Counted from the first letter of the stretch, positions 49,907 to 59,675 are shown. The stretch is DNA of 64,000 nucleotides from Limnothrix sp. BL-A-16 (GCA_041937175.2 CP166615.1:4000001-4064000); one strand, 5' to 3'. Translations and numbers: made by a program. Notes: generated by a model not told the origin, from the sequence alone.

Positions 49907-52318
49907 CTAGTCGTCGTCGAACTCGTCGAGGGGCGCTTCCAAATCGTCTGGCTCATGGAGATCCACAAGATCCGATTCTTCCGGCTCCTCAGCCCCGTAG
50001 CCAAAGGTCAGATCCGAATCATCGGTGTCGTCCTCATCGTCCACCAGCGCATCAAAGTTGGACTCGGCCCCGCCACTGACGGCCACCAAATCAATTTGCT
50101 GGCGGTAGTAGTCCACGCCGCGCACTTCCACTTCCACACGGCCCCCGAGGGCATATTGGCGGCGGCTCTTGCGACCAATCAACATTTGCTGGCGCGATCG
50201 ATACTCGTACCAGTCGTCCTTGAGGGAGGACACATGCACCAGCCCTTCAATGCCCAAGGCCTCTAGCTCCACAAAGAAGCCGTAGGACTGCACTCCCACG
50301 ATCGGGCCGCTGAAGGTTTCGCCAATCCGGGCCCGCATGGCGGCGGTTTTGCGGAGGCCGTGGCTGTCGGCGGCGGCTTCTTGGATCAAGCGTTCCCGAT
50401 CGCTTAGCAGCCAGGCCGCGCTGGTGATCGAGGCTTCCAACTCCTGTTGATCTTCCGTGGGCAACAGATTCCAGCCGATCGCCCCATGGCAAGAACTGTG
50501 GTGCAAATTCACGCCTTCTTTGCTGCGGGCCGTGCGTCGATCGCGTCCCTTGGCAAAGAGGGTGTTCAAGCTCCGTTGCACCAACAGGTCTCCGTAATGG
50601 CGGGTGGGTGCATTCAGGGTGGTGTAAACCGGCAGGGCCAAACCAAAGTGGGAGCGGGGTTCGTGGCTGTAGGCGGCTGGCTTCAGAGCTTCCACCAACA
50701 GACGATTCAGGATTTTGCGGGTGTCGCTGTCGGTGGCCTGTTGCAGCCACTGCTGCACATCGTGGGGGGTCACCTGATCTGGCTGCTCCAGGGTCAGCTC
50801 CAAGCCCAGGTTGCCGGCCAACCGCAAGGTTTCCTGCACATCCCCGGGACTGGGGGCCGCTTGCACTCGATAGAGCGTGGGCACTTGCAGGGCTTGCAGA
50901 TGGCTGGCGACCACGGCATTGGCGGCGATCGTCACTTCCGCTAACAGGACACGGGCCGTGGGGGCAATCCCGATCGGGGCGATCGGCGCACCGGGCACAT
51001 CCTCGCGATCGAACGAGGTCAGCCCTCGGTAACCGCTCAGATCAAACCCACCTCGGCTGAGCCGCTGGCCCCGCAGGGCTGCCGCCAGGGTTTTCAGTTG
51101 GGTTAACAAATCCCCGATCGCGGGGGCTTGGGGCAACTCCGGATCCGCCTGGTTGCCGTCCAAGAACGCATCGAGCTGTGCTTCCGTTAGGGTGGCATCG
51201 GCCCGCACCACGCTGGGATGAATTTCAAACTCCAGTAATTCACCCTGATCATTAAAGGTCAGCAGCACGGAAGTGGCCAGGCGATCGCACCCTAGACCTA
51301 AGGAACCATGGCGCGCGTAAAGATCCGCCGGGAACAGCGGCAACCATTGGGCCCCCAAGTCGGCCGCCACACCCCGCCGCCGGGCTTCGCGATCGAGCGG
51401 TGAATCCGGTTCCACATAGTGAGCCACATCGGGCACATGCAGCCCCAACCGCATATGGCCCGCCGGGTTGGTTTCCAGGGTAATGGCGCGATCGATCACC
51501 GGGGGCAACTCTCCGGCCGTGGCGGTCACCGTTGCCACCGTCAGCAGCGATCGTAAATCCAACCGTCCTTGAATTTCGCTCGCCTTCAAGCTGTCCACCG
51601 GAGCCGGTAACGCTGCGGCCGCCGCCAAAACTTCCTCCGGGAAGCTTTCATGTAGCCCATATTTACAGACCACAATGTCCGCCGGAGCCGCCGCGTCCGC
51701 ATCGGCTCCCAACACCTTGATCACGCGGCCCAAGGGCGGCAACTGCCCGATCGGATAACGGACAATCTCCACGCTCACCAGGTAGTTGACGATCGCGTCC
51801 AAGTCCACCCCGCTGGTGTCCAGTTCCACTCGGAACAGCAATCGATCGTCCAACGGAGCCGCCCGAAAAATGCCGTCCTCCCCCTTTTCCACCCGGGCCA
51901 ACAGAGACGAATTCGCCCGATCGAGCACCAACTCCACATGACCTTCAGGACTGCGCCGCCGACTGCGACCGCCGCCCTCTTTGATCACCTTCACCAACAC
52001 TCGATCGCCATTCCAGGCATGATTCAGGTGACATTCCCGCACATAGACATCTTCCGCGTCGTCGTCATCCTGAATGGCAAAGCAAAACCCCTTGCTAGAG
52101 CAACGCAGCTTGGCCTCAAACATGCCCTCCTGTTCCAACCGGCGATAGCGACCGCGCTCCTTATTCAAAATCCCCAACTTTTCCAGTGCGTCCAGGGCAA
52201 TCTGAAGCTGGCGATTGCCGCGTCCTTCGCGAGTGCCCAACTTTTGTTCAAGAACCTTTGGCGTGAGCGACTTTTCTGAGGTAAAGCTCGCGAGTAGGGA
52301 AGCGATCGAAAATTCCAT
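49907..52318 (-). CDS. RNase II/R family protein (Zam-like; catalytic motif degenerate)
   Basis: MEFSIASLL N-terminus, cold-shock domains, DVAHYV, HFGLA, C-terminal S1 (GFFVEL..EGLVHVSSL), acidic tail. Confidence 0.88.
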   Translation of the reverse strand: MEFSIASLLASFTSEKSLTPKVLEQKLGTREGRGNRQLQIALDALEKLGILNKERGRYRRLEQEGMFEAKLRCSSKGFCFAIQDDDDAEDVYVRECHLNHAWNGDRVLVKVIKEGGGRSRRRSPEGHVELVLDRANSSLLARVEKGEDGIFRAAPLDDRLLFRVELDTSGVDLDAIVNYLVSVEIVRYPIGQLPPLGRVIKVLGADADAAAPADIVVCKYGLHESFPEEVLAAAAALPAPVDSLKASEIQGRLDLRSLLTVATVTATAGELPPVIDRAITLETNPAGHMRLGLHVPDVAHYVEPDSPLDREARRRGVAADLGAQWLPLFPADLYARHGSLGLGCDRLATSVLLTFNDQGELLEFEIHPSVVRADATLTEAQLDAFLDGNQADPELPQAPAIGDLLTQLKTLAAALRGQRLSRGGFDLSGYRGLTSFDREDVPGAPIAPIGIAPTARVLLAEVTIAANAVVASHLQALQVPTLYRVQAAPSPGDVQETLRLAGNLGLELTLEQPDQVTPHDVQQWLQQATDSDTRKILNRLLVEALKPAAYSHEPRSHFGLALPVYTTLNAPTRHYGDLLVQRSLNTLFAKGRDRRTARSKEGVNLHHSSCHGAIGWNLLPTEDQQELEASITSAAWLLSDRERLIQEAAADSHGLRKTAAMRARIGETFSGPIVGVQSYGFFVELEALGIEGLVHVSSLKDDWYEYRSRQQMLIGRKSRRQYALGGRVEVEVRGVDYYRQQIDLVAVSGGAESNFDALVDDEDDTDDSDLTFGYGAEEPEESDLVDLHEPDDLEAPLDEFDDD

Positions 52319-52691
52319 GAAGCGCGTCAACCTCCGGGCACAGAGAATGGGATGGGGCGAATGAGGCGCGAGCGACAGCCATCACAGTGCTGCGAACAGC
52401 ATTGTTGAATGCCATGAACATTAACCGTACTGACGACGATCCCTATGCCTCTGGAGCGTTGCTGGTCGGGGCCCGTCGCATCGATCGGGCGGGAAATCCA
52501 CAAGCGTCACTCGAGCTAGGGCCGGAAGGGTTCCGCATTGGGTGCTGCAAGATCTTGAACCGGCAAGATCGAAGTTGCAGCGCTGTGGCATTGGGAGGGG
52601 GTGGTCGATGGGAACCCTCGTCCAAAGACACTCCAAACACCAAATCAATGCAGGAACACACTGGAGGGAGCGGCTGCGCTCGGGCCCATCT

Positions 52692-52753
52692 ACGCTAGAG
52701 CGTGGCGTGCACCTTGTCAATCATTGACATGCGGGTTACCCTAGCCGCACGAT
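52692..52753. promoter_or_regulatory. Back-to-back divergent sigma70-type promoters
   Basis: Palindrome TGTCAAT-C-ATTGACA (52715-52729); minus strand TTGACA-17-TAGCGT, plus strand TTGACA-18-CACGAT. Confidence 0.55.
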
Positions 52754-52809
52754 CGCCGCCATCCCCCCGTTTGCCCAGCCTGCCCACCTAACCGAGATCG
52801 GTTTGTGCC

Positions 52810-53604
52810 ATGTTTGCCGAATTCCGTGCCCGTTATCCCAACGGCAGCCTCACATCCGAAATCATTGAAGTGAACCAGGGAAAATTTATTGTGCGGGCAG
52901 CCGTCACCCTGGAAGGCACGGTGTTGGCCACGGGGTTTGGCGCTTCGGAGCAACTGGAGGAAGCCGAAGATCGGGCCCGGTTGCGGGCCCTGGAAGCGGT
53001 GGGTTTGTTTTTGGAGCCGGCCGATCGGGGGCAGGCCCAACTGATCAGCAGCGCCCCCACTTACCAGCTTCCGGCCGCCTTGTCCGTGGTGACCCCAATT
53101 TCGACCCCGATTCCGGCTCCCCTGGCCGCGCCGATGGTTGATGTGGTGGGTGACCGATTTGATGATCGATCGCCCGATCGATTTGACGGCCGATCGGGGG
53201 TTGATCCAACCCTGGAATCCACATCGCCCGGCTATGAGGATCTCTACGAAGTCGAGCATGGGGAGAGCGACCCCTTGCCCACCATGGAACCAGAATGGCC
53301 CCCAGAGCCGGAGCCAGAGCCAGCCCCGGCTCCCGCCCCCAAGCGATCGCGCCGCGCCGCCAGCCCACCTGCGCCCACCCCTACCCCTGTGCCCACACCG
53401 GCCCCCGCGCCCGCGCCCACGGACTTATCCGATGCGATCGCCCAAACAGACGTGCTGATGAAGCGTTTGGGCTGGAACAAGCAACAGGGCGTGGAATATT
53501 TACAGATGGCCTTTGGTAAGCGCACCCGGGCCCAACTGACCGATCGGGAACTGTTGCAGTTTTTGCAGCACCTGCAAACCCTGGCCGACGACCCGGACTT
53601 TTAG
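52810..53604 (+). CDS. Conserved cyanobacterial hypothetical protein (two domains joined by a Pro-rich linker)
   Basis: FRARYPNGSL...AEDRARLRAL N-domain; LGW...YL...FGKRTR..LTD.EL C-domain. Confidence 0.8.
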   Translation: MFAEFRARYPNGSLTSEIIEVNQGKFIVRAAVTLEGTVLATGFGASEQLEEAEDRARLRALEAVGLFLEPADRGQAQLISSAPTYQLPAALSVVTPISTPIPAPLAAPMVDVVGDRFDDRSPDRFDGRSGVDPTLESTSPGYEDLYEVEHGESDPLPTMEPEWPPEPEPEPAPAPAPKRSRRAASPPAPTPTPVPTPAPAPAPTDLSDAIAQTDVLMKRLGWNKQQGVEYLQMAFGKRTRAQLTDRELLQFLQHLQTLADDPDF

Positions 53605-53706
53605 CGCCCGACTGGCCGGGCTTGGGGCCGAAAGGCCATGAGCTATAACCAGGAAACTGGCGAGACATCAACAACGCCATGACCCAGCAACCATGACCCA
53701 GCAACC

Positions 53707-55383
53707 ATGACCGATCGAGCAATGCGAGCACCACGTTGGTTGGTTTGGGGATCGATTGGGCTAATCACCATTGGCTGCCTGCTGCGATTTTCCGGTCTAG
53801 GCCATTTCCTGCCTTGGTATGACGAACTGGCGACATTGCAGCACATCGCCGTTCAATCGGAATCGGATCTCACCCAACTGTGGCAGGGGCGCGAACAGGT
53901 TTTGGCTGACCTATGGCACAGCCTATCGACAAAACCCCAAAAGACCACCTGGGATATGGTCACATCCCTCGCCACCCATGATGCCCATCACCCGCCCCTG
54001 TATTACCTGTTTGTTCGCGTCTGGGCCGACTGGTTTGGCAACACGATCGTCAGCCTCCGCACCGCCACGGCGATCATGGGGGTGATCCTGCTGGCCAGTG
54101 TTTTTTGGCTCCTGCGGCAACTGAGCCAGCGTCCCAGCCTGCCTTGGGTGGGCACGGTGCTGGTGGCCCTGTCACCCTTGCAAATTCTCTATGCCCAAGA
54201 GGCGAGGGAATATGTGATCTGGCTGATTTTTTTTGTGCTGTCCAGCGGATTGTTGGCCCGATCGCTGCGTCATTCCTCTTGGCCTCACTGGTTGCTGTAT
54301 GGGATTACCCTCACCCTGAATTGGTATAGCCATTTGCTGGGGGGATGCGTGCTGCTGGGCCATGGCCTTTGGGTTGGGGTGTGGGTGTGGCGATCGGGCG
54401 ATCGAAACTGGCGACGGGCAATCCCTTGGGCGATCGCGGCGAGTGGAACCCTGCTGGCCATTTCCCCTTGGATTTGGGTGCTTTACCGGGCCCAAACCCA
54501 ATCGATCGCCTCCCTGGCCTGGCTCAACCAGGCGGGGCCCCCAGGAATTCACCGTTGGGCGGCCCTGCGGGCCTTTGCCGCCACCCTGTGGGATAACCAA
54601 CCGAATCTTTGGGCTTCCTTTCCAACGGCGACCGATGTTCCCTGCCTGATGGTGACCCTGTGGATGATCGTGGCCTTGGTGGGATGTTGGCGATCGGGAG
54701 AACCCTTGCTCAAGGGGTTTGTTCTCAGTGCAGTGGCCCCGTTCCTCGTGCTGGTCTGGCTGCCTGCGATTGTGATGGATCGAACGATGGCTTCCATCAT
54801 TCGCTACCAGTTCCCCTTGCTCTTGGGAATGCAAGTGGTGTTGGCCAACTGGATTGTCACGACCTGCGAGCAAATGACCCCGAAGCCCGTCCAAGAATGG
54901 CCCCAGCCCCTATCGTTCTATCTATTCCGCTGGCGCTGGATGCCCCACTGTTTTGCGGCGCTGTTGGCGATTTTGCTGCTGGTTGCGAACCTGAACGCCG
55001 CCAGAGCACGCTCCTGGCAATTGTCCTGGTGGAGCAAGGGGGGAACCGTTTCTGTTGAAATTGCCAAAGCCCTGAAGGAAATTGATCGCCCCCTATTGGT
55101 GATGACCGATATCCCTGGGTATTCCCTCTCCGCTTTGGCCTTGAGCCACGCCAGCGATCGCTTGAAATCTCGCGGCGTTACCGTTTGGCTGGCTCCCAGT
55201 TTCCAAGGCCTGAACTGGCCCGATCGCCCCAATACCTTTGTGTTTAGTCCATCCCCCGATCTCCGCCAGGCGATCGAGCAGCGGGGTCAGCGGTTGATTC
55301 CCTTCGGAACTAGTTGGTGGAATTTGTGGCGATTGCAGTCCTCAACCCCCGATCGCCCCGCGCCCGATCGTCCCTCAACTTAG
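53707..55383 (+). CDS. GT-C glycosyltransferase family 39-like membrane protein, copy 1
   Basis: WYDE, HPPLYY, SP....YAQEAREY, many TMs. Confidence 0.85.
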   Translation: MTDRAMRAPRWLVWGSIGLITIGCLLRFSGLGHFLPWYDELATLQHIAVQSESDLTQLWQGREQVLADLWHSLSTKPQKTTWDMVTSLATHDAHHPPLYYLFVRVWADWFGNTIVSLRTATAIMGVILLASVFWLLRQLSQRPSLPWVGTVLVALSPLQILYAQEAREYVIWLIFFVLSSGLLARSLRHSSWPHWLLYGITLTLNWYSHLLGGCVLLGHGLWVGVWVWRSGDRNWRRAIPWAIAASGTLLAISPWIWVLYRAQTQSIASLAWLNQAGPPGIHRWAALRAFAATLWDNQPNLWASFPTATDVPCLMVTLWMIVALVGCWRSGEPLLKGFVLSAVAPFLVLVWLPAIVMDRTMASIIRYQFPLLLGMQVVLANWIVTTCEQMTPKPVQEWPQPLSFYLFRWRWMPHCFAALLAILLLVANLNAARARSWQLSWWSKGGTVSVEIAKALKEIDRPLLVMTDIPGYSLSALALSHASDRLKSRGVTVWLAPSFQGLNWPDRPNTFVFSPSPDLRQAIEQRGQRLIPFGTSWWNLWRLQSSTPDRPAPDRPST

Positions 55384-55513
55384 CCACCGTCGATCGCTTT
55401 TCTAGAGTGAACAACGCGGATTTCTTGTGCAGATTTTTCGCACTGAACTGGCGCGAATTGGGCCCACGAAACATGGACTATAACCAGAAAAATGGCGAAA
55501 AATTGACAAAAAC

Positions 55514-57199
55514 ATGGCTGATCCAAACGCACGAGCACCACGCTGGCTAGTTTGGGGGTCGATCGGGCTAATCACCATTGGTTGCTTGCTGCGATTTTCC
55601 GATTTAGGACAGTTCCTCCCTTGGTACGACGAATTCTCGACCCTGCGGCATATTGCGAACCAGACGGATCCTGAACTCATTCAACAATGGGGAGGCCGCG
55701 AGCAGGTGATGGCCGATCTCTGGCGCAGTCTTGCTGCAAAACCGGGCAAAACAGCTTGGGATACGGTTCAGTCTTTGGCTTCTGCCAATGCCCATCACCC
55801 ACCCCTCTATTACTTGCTAGCCCGAGGTTGGGCCCACTGGTTTGGGAACAACATTGTCAGCCTCCGCATGGTGACGGCTCTGATGGGGGTTGCGCTGTTG
55901 CCCAGTGTGTTTTGGCTCTTACGCCAATTGAGCGATCGCCCCAGTTTGCCTTGGATTGGCACGGTGTTGGTGGCCCTGTCACCGCTACAAATTCTCTATG
56001 CCCAAGAGGCGCGAGAATATGCCATTTGGCTAGTTTTTGTGGTGCTTTCCAGTGGATTTTTAGCCCGATCGCTACGCAACTCTGCGCAAAATTCTGTGCA
56101 AAAGTCCACTGGAGTTCACTGGTTGCTGTATGGCATCACCCTGACCCTCAATTGGTACAGCCACTTGCTTGGGGGGTTGGTGTTGCTGGGCCATGGCCTT
56201 TGGGTTGGGGTTTGGTGGTGGCGATCGGGCGATCGGCACTGGCGACGGGTTATCCCTTGGGCGATCGCGGTGAGTGGAACCCTGTTGGCCATGTCCCCTT
56301 GGCTATGGACACTTTTTCAAGTGCGAGAGGGGGCTGTGATATCTCTGGAGTGGTTGAATCAAACCTACCAACCCGGGATGCAGCGTTGGTCGGCCATGCG
56401 TGCGTTTGCGGCCACCCTGTGGGATAACCAGCCGAATATTTGGATCCCAGCTTCCAGGGTTGTGGATTCAATTCGACTAGGGGTCTTGGTGTTATCTGTG
56501 GGGGCGCTGGTGCATTGTGGGCGATCGAGCGAACCAATGGTTAAGCGATTTGTCTTTAGTACCATTGCCCCGTTTTTCCTGTTGCTTTGGTTGCCAGCCA
56601 TCGTGATGGATCGCGCCATGGCCACCATCATTCGCTATCAATTGCCGCTGATCATTGGTGTTCAAGTGGCCCTAGCCGATGGGATTGCCGCGCTTTGCGA
56701 CCAGCTCCCCCCCAAGCCTGGTCAGGAATTGCCCCAACCTCTGTGGTTCTATCTCTGCCGTTGGCGTTGGATGCCTCAACTGTTTGCGAGTAGCTTGGCG
56801 ATTTTGTTGGTCGTGGCTAACTTGAATGCGGCAAAGGTTCGCTCCTCGCAATTAACCTGGTGGAGCAAGGGTGGGCCAGGCTGGGTGGAAGTTGCCAAGG
56901 CCTTGAAAGAGGTCGATCGCCCGTTAATCGTGATGACAGCGGTTCCTGGCTATTCTTCCTCGGCCCTGTCTTTGAGTTATGCCAGCGATCGCCTGAAGGC
57001 TCGTAACATCAGCTTTTGGTTAGCTCCCAGCATTCAAAACTTGAACTGGCCCGAGCGTTCCAATACCTTTGTGCTCGTTCCCGGCAAGAAACTGCCCAAA
57101 GCGATCGAGCAGCGGGGTCAACGGTTGGTTCCCTTTGGGGCCAGTTGGTGGAATTTGTGGCGTTTGGAATCCGCAACCCCCGATCGCCCCTCAACTTAG
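55514..57199 (+). CDS. GT-C glycosyltransferase family 39-like membrane protein, copy 2
   Basis: Same motifs; colinear tandem paralog. Confidence 0.85.
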   Translation: MADPNARAPRWLVWGSIGLITIGCLLRFSDLGQFLPWYDEFSTLRHIANQTDPELIQQWGGREQVMADLWRSLAAKPGKTAWDTVQSLASANAHHPPLYYLLARGWAHWFGNNIVSLRMVTALMGVALLPSVFWLLRQLSDRPSLPWIGTVLVALSPLQILYAQEAREYAIWLVFVVLSSGFLARSLRNSAQNSVQKSTGVHWLLYGITLTLNWYSHLLGGLVLLGHGLWVGVWWWRSGDRHWRRVIPWAIAVSGTLLAMSPWLWTLFQVREGAVISLEWLNQTYQPGMQRWSAMRAFAATLWDNQPNIWIPASRVVDSIRLGVLVLSVGALVHCGRSSEPMVKRFVFSTIAPFFLLLWLPAIVMDRAMATIIRYQLPLIIGVQVALADGIAALCDQLPPKPGQELPQPLWFYLCRWRWMPQLFASSLAILLVVANLNAAKVRSSQLTWWSKGGPGWVEVAKALKEVDRPLIVMTAVPGYSSSALSLSYASDRLKARNISFWLAPSIQNLNWPERSNTFVLVPGKKLPKAIEQRGQRLVPFGASWWNLWRLESATPDRPST

Positions 57200-57321
57200 C
57201 CACTGGCCACCGCTGATCGCTTTAATCGCTTGGATTGTTGTGCTGGGTTTGCTGGATTTGCTGGATTTGCTGGATTTGTCTATTTCAACCTGTTCAAACC
57301 GGCCAAGCCGGCTTCGGAACC

Positions 57322-57822
57322 ATGGATCAATCAGGGATGCCCGTTACCGCTTCGATCGAGTCGTCACCATCGGCCCCTAGGCTCGATCGAGCCATTGATC
57401 GAACTATTGATCAAGCCATTGACGGTGAAATTGTGACCGTTCGCCCCGATGCGGAAACTCTCACGCGCCAGCGATTGCCCTACTTTGTGGGCATTTCAGA
57501 AGCCACCGCAGGATCCAAGGGCATTTCCCTGAATCTGGTGATTATTCCGCCCGGGGGCGCGGCGGAACCCCACTTCCATCGGGACTATGAAACAGCGATT
57601 TATCTGCTCCAAGGACGGGTTGAAACCCGCTATGGCAAAGGGCTGAAACAATCGATCATCCATGAGGCGGGTGACTTTATTTTCATTCCCGCTGGCGTTC
57701 CCCACCAGCCCCACAACCTCAGCACCAGCGAGCCGGCCCAAGCGTTGGTGGCCCGCAATGACCCCAACGAACAGGAAAATGTGGTGCTCTATGACCCGGC
57801 GGCGGATCAGGATACGGATTAA
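57322..57822 (+). CDS. Cupin domain protein
   Basis: PHFHRDYE...GDFIFIPAGVPHQP. Confidence 0.88.
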   Translation: MDQSGMPVTASIESSPSAPRLDRAIDRTIDQAIDGEIVTVRPDAETLTRQRLPYFVGISEATAGSKGISLNLVIIPPGGAAEPHFHRDYETAIYLLQGRVETRYGKGLKQSIIHEAGDFIFIPAGVPHQPHNLSTSEPAQALVARNDPNEQENVVLYDPAADQDTD

Positions 57823-57943
57823 TTGGAGTTAATTGGAGCCGCCGCCTGTGGAATTCGGAAACCGTTGTTTAACCCAAACAGGTACAGTAGAAGCCAGTGT
57901 TACAAAGCTGTTACAGGCTGGGCAATTCACAGGCAAGAAAACA

Positions 57944-58795
57944 ATGGGCGCGGCGGTTTCCCTCCACAACGTACAAAAAATCTATGGCGATCGCCCCGTG
58001 GTGAAGGATCTCAGCTTCGAGATCCAAGCGGGAGAAATGTTTGGGCTGCTGGGCCCCAACGGCGCGGGCAAGTCCACCACCATTCGGATGATCACCACCC
58101 TCACTCGCCCCACCGCTGGACAAATTCAGGTGGCTGGGTTTGATGTGGCTCGCCAAATGCAAGAGGTGCGGCAACAAATTGGCGTGGTGTTGCAACAAAC
58201 CAGCGTGGATGGCGATTTAACCGTTTGGGAAAATTTGGAATTCCACGGCCGGTTGCACCATATTCCCGCCAAAGAACGCCAAGGGCGGATCGATCGCTGG
58301 TTGGACTATGTGGAACTGGGCGATCGCCGCGATAGTCTCGTGAAAACCCTGTCGGGCGGGATGAAGCGTCGGTTGCAAATTGCCCGGGCCCTGTTGCATG
58401 AGCCGGAAATTTTATTTTTGGATGAGCCAACGGTGGGGTTGGATCCGCAAACGCGCCGCCGCCTGTGGGAAATTATTCGCGACCTGAATCGCGGCGGCAT
58501 GACCATGCTGCTGACGACGCACTACATGGACGAAGTGGAATATTTGTGCGATCGAATCGGCATCATGGACGCGGGCCAACTGATTGAGTTGGGAACGCTC
58601 CAAGATTTTCGCACCAAGCATGGGGAAGGATTGGTCATGAAACAAACGGCCGATCGCTGGGATTACAAATTCTTCCCCACCCTTTTGGAAGCGAATCAAT
58701 ACTTAGATTCCCAGGCGGTGAAAACCGGGTTGATGGTGCGTCCATCGAACCTAGAGGATATCTTTGTGGAGCTGACAGGCCGCCAACTGGATTAA
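57944..58795 (+). CDS. ABC-2 type exporter ATP-binding protein
   Basis: GPNGAGKST, LSGGMKRR, LFLDEPT, TTH. Confidence 0.93.
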   Translation: MGAAVSLHNVQKIYGDRPVVKDLSFEIQAGEMFGLLGPNGAGKSTTIRMITTLTRPTAGQIQVAGFDVARQMQEVRQQIGVVLQQTSVDGDLTVWENLEFHGRLHHIPAKERQGRIDRWLDYVELGDRRDSLVKTLSGGMKRRLQIARALLHEPEILFLDEPTVGLDPQTRRRLWEIIRDLNRGGMTMLLTTHYMDEVEYLCDRIGIMDAGQLIELGTLQDFRTKHGEGLVMKQTADRWDYKFFPTLLEANQYLDSQAVKTGLMVRPSNLEDIFVELTGRQLD

Positions 58796-58811
58796 CTGGG
58801 GGCAACCGCCC

Positions 58812-59675
58812 ATGGAAATTGATCAAACCACTCACCAGACTTTCGGTTCCAAAGCATCGCCCTGGAAAATCCTGGCTCAATATGTGCTTTTAGGGGCGAT
58901 CGCCCTGGTGATGTTGTTGCCCCTGCTCTGGCTGATGGGCACATCGTTGAAGTCGCCCACGGAAGATATTTTTTCCTTTCCGCCTCGGCTGATTCCCGCC
59001 GCGCCGACCTTAGAAAATTTTGTCAAAGCCTGGACGAGTGCCCCCTTTGCGCAATATTTGCTCAACAGCACGCTGGTGGCAGGGTTAACCGTGGCGTTGA
59101 ACTTATTGATCTGTTCCTTGGCGGCCTATCCCTTGGCGCGGTTGTCGTTTAAGGGGCGGGAATGGATTTTTAGCGCGATCGTGGCCACCATCGCCATTCC
59201 CTTCCAAATTGTGATGATTCCGCTCTATATTTTGGCGGTGAATTTAGGGCTGCGAAATAGTTTTATTGGCTTAATTTTCCCGGCGATCGCCTCGGCCTTT
59301 GGCATTTTTTTGATGCGCCAGGCCTTCATGGGTGTGCCGAAGGATTTGGAAGAAGCGGCCCGGATTGATGGCTGTTCTGAGTTGGGAATTTGGTGGCATG
59401 TGATGTTGCCATCGGTGCGGCCGGCGCTGATTACCCTGGCAATTTTTGTGTTTATTGGGGCTTGGAGCGATTTTCTCTGGCCGCTGCTAATTTTGGATGA
59501 CCCGAATTACTACACATTGCCGCTGGGGGTGGCGCGGCTGTCGGGCACGTTTTCCCTCGATTGGCGCTTAATTGCGGCGGGTTCGGTCATTTCGATCGCC
59601 CCAATTTTGGCTTTCTTTGTGGTGATGCAAAACTACATTGTGCCCAGCGAAACGGGCAGTGGCGTGAAGGGTTAG
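58812..59675 (+). CDS. Carbohydrate ABC transporter permease (MalG-like)
   Basis: PTLENF, AAYPLARL, EEAARIDG, WSDFLWPL. Confidence 0.92.
   Translation: MEIDQTTHQTFGSKASPWKILAQYVLLGAIALVMLLPLLWLMGTSLKSPTEDIFSFPPRLIPAAPTLENFVKAWTSAPFAQYLLNSTLVAGLTVALNLLICSLAAYPLARLSFKGREWIFSAIVATIAIPFQIVMIPLYILAVNLGLRNSFIGLIFPAIASAFGIFLMRQAFMGVPKDLEEAARIDGCSELGIWWHVMLPSVRPALITLAIFVFIGAWSDFLWPLLILDDPNYYTLPLGVARLSGTFSLDWRLIAAGSVISIAPILAFFVVMQNYIVPSETGSGVKG

Noticed and set aside
57944..59675. ABC ATPase plus sugar permease as one transporter
   Set aside because: The ATPase is exporter-type and the permease importer-type; scattered ABC genes are common in cyanobacteria
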